Positions 24,482 to 29,128 of a DNA stretch of 29,128 bases are shown in pieces (within the stretch, counting starts at the first letter, position 1; every line of letters starts with the position of its first letter). The notes beneath the pieces are model-generated. The model was not told the DNA's origin. It did not search any database and worked only from the letters and a program-made list of their open reading frames with translations. The stretch comes from Tubiluchus corallicola (Eukaryota; Animalia; Priapulida). The position numbers and the translations under genes were made by a program. The DNA is taken from contig JAQGDQ010001693.1 in assembly GCA_030141605.1 (NCBI GenBank), positions 1 through 29,128 on the forward strand, in the 5' to 3' direction.

Positions 24482-27400
24482 TGTACACCTTGCACACATG
24501 CCGAGTGTATACACCTTGCACACATGCCGAGTGTATACACCTTGCACACATGCCGAGTGTACACCTTGCACACATGCCGAGTGTATACACCTTGCACGCA
24601 TGCCAGTGTATACACCTTGCACACATGCCGAGTGTGCACACCTTGCACACATGCCGAGTGTATACACCTTGCACACATGCCGAGTGTATACACCTTGCAC
24701 ACATGCCGAGTGTATACACCTTGCACACATGCCGAGTGTATACACCTTGCACACATGCCGAGTGTGTACACCTTGCACACATGCCGAGTGTATACACCTT
24801 GCACGCATGCCGAGTGTATACACCTTGCACACATGCCGAGTGTGCACACCTTGCACACATGCCGAGTGTATACACCTTGCACACATGCCGAGTGTATACA
24901 CCTTGCACGCATGCCGAGTGTATACACCTTGCACACATGCCGAGTGTATACACCTTGCACACATGCCGTGTGTTGTGGTGTTTTGTGGAGTGTATACACC
25001 TTGCACACATGCCGAGTGTATACACCTTGCACACATGCCGAGTGTATACACCTTGCACACATGCCGAGTGTGCACACCTTGCACACATGCCGAGTGTGTA
25101 CACCTTGCACGCATGCCGAGTGTATACACCTTGCACACATGCCGAGTGTGTACACCTTGCACGCATGCCGAGTGTGTACACCTTGCACGCATGCCGAGTG
25201 TATACACCTTGCACACATGCCGAGTGTATACACCTTGCACACATGCCGAGTGTATACACCTTGCACACATGCCGAGTGTGTACACCTTGCACACATGCCG
25301 AGTGTATACACCTTGCACGCATGCCGAGTGTATACACCTTGCACACATGCCGAGTGTGTACACCTTGCACGCATGCCGAGTGTGTACACCTTGCACGCAT
25401 GCCGAGTGTATACACCTTGCACGCATGCCGAGTGTATACACCTTGCACGCATGCCGAGTGTATACACCTTGCACGCATGCCGAGTGTGTACACCTTGCAC
25501 ACATGCCGAGTGTATACACCTTGCACGCATGCCGAGTGTATACACCTTGCACACATGCCGAGTGTATACACCTTGCACACATGCCGAGTGTGTACACCTT
25601 GCACACATGCCGAGTGTATACACCTTGCACGCATGCCGAGTGTATACACCTTGCACACATGCCGAGTGTATACACCTTGCACACATGCCGAGTGTGCACA
25701 CCTTGCACACATGCCGAGTGTGCACACCTTGCACACATGCCGAGTGTGTACACCTTGCACGCATGCCGAGTGTGTACACCTTGCACACATGCCGAGTGTG
25801 CACACCTTGCACACATGCCGAGTGTGTACACCTTGCACGCATGCCGAGTGTATACACCTTGCACGCATGCCGAGTGTGTACACCTTGCACACATGCCGAG
25901 TGTATACACCTTGCACACATGCCGAGTGTATACACCTTGCACGCATGCCGAGTGTATACACCTTGCACACATGCCGAGTGTATACACCTTGCACACATGC
26001 CGAGTGTGTACACCTTGCACACATGCCGAGTGTATACACCTTGCACACATGCCGAGTGTGCACACCTTGCACACATGCCGAGTGTATACACCTTGCACAC
26101 ATGCCGAGTGTATACACCTTGCACGCATGCCGAGTGTATACACCTTGCACACATGCCGAGTGTATACACCTTGCACACATGCCGAGTGTGTACACCTTGC
26201 ACACATGCCGAGTGTATACACCTTGCACGCATGCCGAGTGTATACACCTTGCACACATGCCGAGTGTGCACACCTTGCACGCATGCCGAGTGTATACACC
26301 TTGCACACATGCCGAGTGTATACACCTTGCACTCATGCCGAGTGTATACACCTTGCACACATGCCGAGTGTATACACCTTGCACACATGCCGAGTGTGTA
26401 CACCTTGCACACATGCCGAGTGTATACACCTTGCACGCATGCCGAGTGTATACACCTTGCACACATGCCGAGTGTATACACCTTGCACACATGCCGAGTG
26501 TATACACCTTGCACACATGCCGAGTGTGCACACCTTGCACACATGCCGAGTGTGTACACCTTGCACGCATGCCGAGTGTATACACCTTGCACACATGCCG
26601 AGTGTATACACCTTGCACGCATGCCGAGTGTATACACCTTGCACACATGCCGAGTGTGCACACCTTGCACACATGCCGAGTGTATACACCTTGCACGCAT
26701 GCCGAGTGTGCACACCTTGCACACATGCCGAGTGTATACACCTTGCACGCATGCCGAGTGTGTACACCTTGCACGCATGCCGAGTGTATACACCTTGCAC
26801 GCATGCCGAGTGTGTACACCTTGCACGCATGCCGAGTGTATACACCTTGCACGCATGCCGAGTGTATACACCTTGCACACATGCCGAGTGTGTTCACCTT
26901 GCACGCATGCCGAGTGTATACACCTTGCACACATGCCGAGTGTATACACCTTGCACACATGCCGAGTGTGACACCTTGCACGCATGCCGAGTGTGTTCAC
27001 CTTGCACGCATGCCGAGTGTATACACCTTGCACACATGCCGAGTGTATACACCTTGCACACATGCCGAGTGTATACACCTTGCACACATGCCGAGTGTAT
27101 ACACCTTGCACACATGCCGAGTGTGCACACCTTGCACACATGCCGAGTGTGCACACCTTGCACACATGCCGAGTGTGTACACCTTGCACGCATGCCGAGT
27201 GTGTTTGTGGGTGTGTTGTGGGTGTGTTTGGCATGCCGAGTGTATACACCTTGCACGCATGCCGAGTGTGTACACCTTGCACACATGCCGAGTGTATACA
27301 CCTTGCACACATGCCGAGTGTATACACCTTGCACGCATGCCGAGTGTATACACCTTGCACACATGCCGAGTGTGTACACCTTGCACACATGCCGAGTGTA

Positions 27401-28019
27401 TACACCTTGCACGCATGCCGAGTGTATACACCTTGCACACATGCCGAGTGTGCACACCTTGCACACATGCCGAGTGTATACACCTTGCACACATGCCGAG
27501 TGTATACACCTTGCACGCATGCCGAGTGTATACACCTTGCACACATGCCGAGTGTATACACCTTGCACACATGCCGAGTGTGTACACCTTGCACACATGC
27601 CGAGTGTATACACCTTGCACGCATGCCGAGTGTATACACCTTGCACACATGCCGAGTGTGTACACCTTGCACACATGCCGAGTGTATACACCTTGCACGC
27701 ATGCCGAGTGTATACACCTTGCACACATGCCGAGGTGTGCACCTTGCACGCATGCCGAGTGTGTACACCTTGCACACATGCCGAGTGTATACACCTTGCA
27801 CGCATGCCGAGTGTGCACACCTTTTGCATGCCGAGTGTGCACACCTTGCACACATGCCGAGTGTATACACCTTGCACACATGCCGAGTGTGCACACCTTG
27901 CACGCATGCCAGTGTATACACCTTGCACACATGCCGAGTGTATTACGCCACGCGCCGAGTGTATACACCTTGCGCACATGCCGAGTGTGCACACCTTTTA
28001 TGCCGAGTGTGTACATATC
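24482..28019 (+). repeat. 26-bp satellite array, ~135 copies (gtgtatacaccttgcacacatgccga)
   Basis: Direct reading. Translations repeat every 26 aa, equal to 3 units. Confidence 0.99.
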
Positions 28020-28510
28020 GAAGTAACGTGCGACTAATAATAACCTGGACCACGTTGGAAATATGTATTGGGCTACTTATGGTGTTGTCTTTGGACTATG
28101 TGTTTGACTATATATTTGACATTCGTTTACTTCAGGCGTTTAGCTATATACAACTGAAACAAGACCGCACATTCAAAATGATGGTAAAAATGATACACGT
28201 CGACTGAATGAATTGTTTTACACTCGTATTTGTTTCTTAATGAATATATTTTAGATATTTTTTGTAATTATAATTGTAAATGTACTTGTAATTTATGACC
28301 GAATTAAATAAATAGTCTAATATAAATATAAAGATAATCAATTTTGATAATGGTGTAAAGTCTCTTATTTAGACCGCTATTAAGTGGTTAAATAAAACGG
28401 ATACTTTCTTACATAAACGTAAACTAGTTCAACTGTAACAAGCTTAAGAACTTTTAAGCAAATCATTGTAGCCTACAACAAATTTTACCTATAATGATTA
28501 TTTTTACTAA

Positions 28511-29128
28511 GATATGTACACACTCGGCATGTGTGCAAGGTGTGCACACTCGGCATGTGTGCAAGGTGTATACACTCGGCATGCGTGCAAGGTGTATACA
28601 CTCGGCATGTGTGCAAGGTGTATACACTCGGCATGCGTGCAAGGTGTGCACACTCGGCATGTGTGCAAGGTGTATACACTCGGCATGTGTGCAAGGTGTG
28701 CACACTCGGCATGTGTGCAAGGTGTGCACACTCGGCATGCGTGCAAGGTGTATACACTCGGCATGCGTGCAAGGTGTACACACTCGGCATGCGTGCAAGG
28801 TGTGCACACTCGGCATGTGTGCAAGGTGTATACACTCGGCATGCGTGCAAGGTGTATACACTCGGCATGTGTGCAAGGTGTGCACACTCGGCATGTGTGC
28901 AAGGTGTATACACTCGGCATGCGTGCAAGGTGTATACACTCGGCATGCGTGCAAGGTGTATACACTCGGCATGCGTGCAAGGTGTACACACTCGGCATGT
29001 GTGCAAGGTGTATACACTCGGCATGCGTGCAAGGTGTATACACTCGGCATGTGTGCAAGGTGTACACACTCGGCATGTGTGCAAGGTGTATACACTCGGC
29101 ATGTGTGCAAGGTGTATACACTCGGCAT
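28511..29128 (-). repeat. Same 26-bp satellite in inverted orientation, running off the window end
   Basis: tcggcatgtgtgcaaggtgtatacac is the reverse complement of the left array unit. Confidence 0.99.

Noticed and set aside
24969-24990. GT-rich interruptions of the satellite (also 27201-27231)
   Set aside because: Each replaces about one unit with low-complexity G/T. They look like base-calling or consensus glitches rather than spacers.
23409-28019. CRISPR-like arrays (32-bp and 26-bp repeats)
   Set aside because: Units are head-to-tail with no unique spacers, there are no cas genes, and the context is a eukaryotic intron.
24300-29128. ORFs of 180-1194 aa rich in Cys/His (metallothionein- or zinc-finger-like)
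   Set aside because: They are open in all six frames because the 26-bp unit lacks stops. The unit length is not a multiple of 3 and the region is intronic satellite.

Overview
AT-rich, repeat-dense eukaryotic DNA, probably from an invertebrate animal. It holds the middle of a + strand BMP1/tolloid-like metalloprotease gene: eight GT-AG exons that splice in frame and encode the C-terminal two-thirds of the astacin domain ([12 protein letters not shown] zinc motif, SIMHY Met-turn), CUB1 and CUB2. The gene's start and its EGF/later CUB exons lie outside the window. Bases 1-1518 are a near-identical, out-of-order copy of 7815-9331, including a second copy of the last astacin exon. That copy joins, through an 8-bp inverted microhomology, an inverted copy of ~9630-10094; this is either a template-switch rearrangement or an assembly artefact. 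Introns contain microsatellites, minisatellites (55, 82, 32 and 26 bp units), non-LTR retrotransposon ends (RTEX-like, CR1/L2-like, Penelope-like), a tRNA-derived SINE and several TTAA- or TA-flanked MITEs. The window ends in a foldback-like structure: two opposed 26-bp satellite arrays around a ~0.49 kb spacer. All long ORFs in the supplied track are repeat artefacts. TE clade names come from recalled motifs, not database searches.
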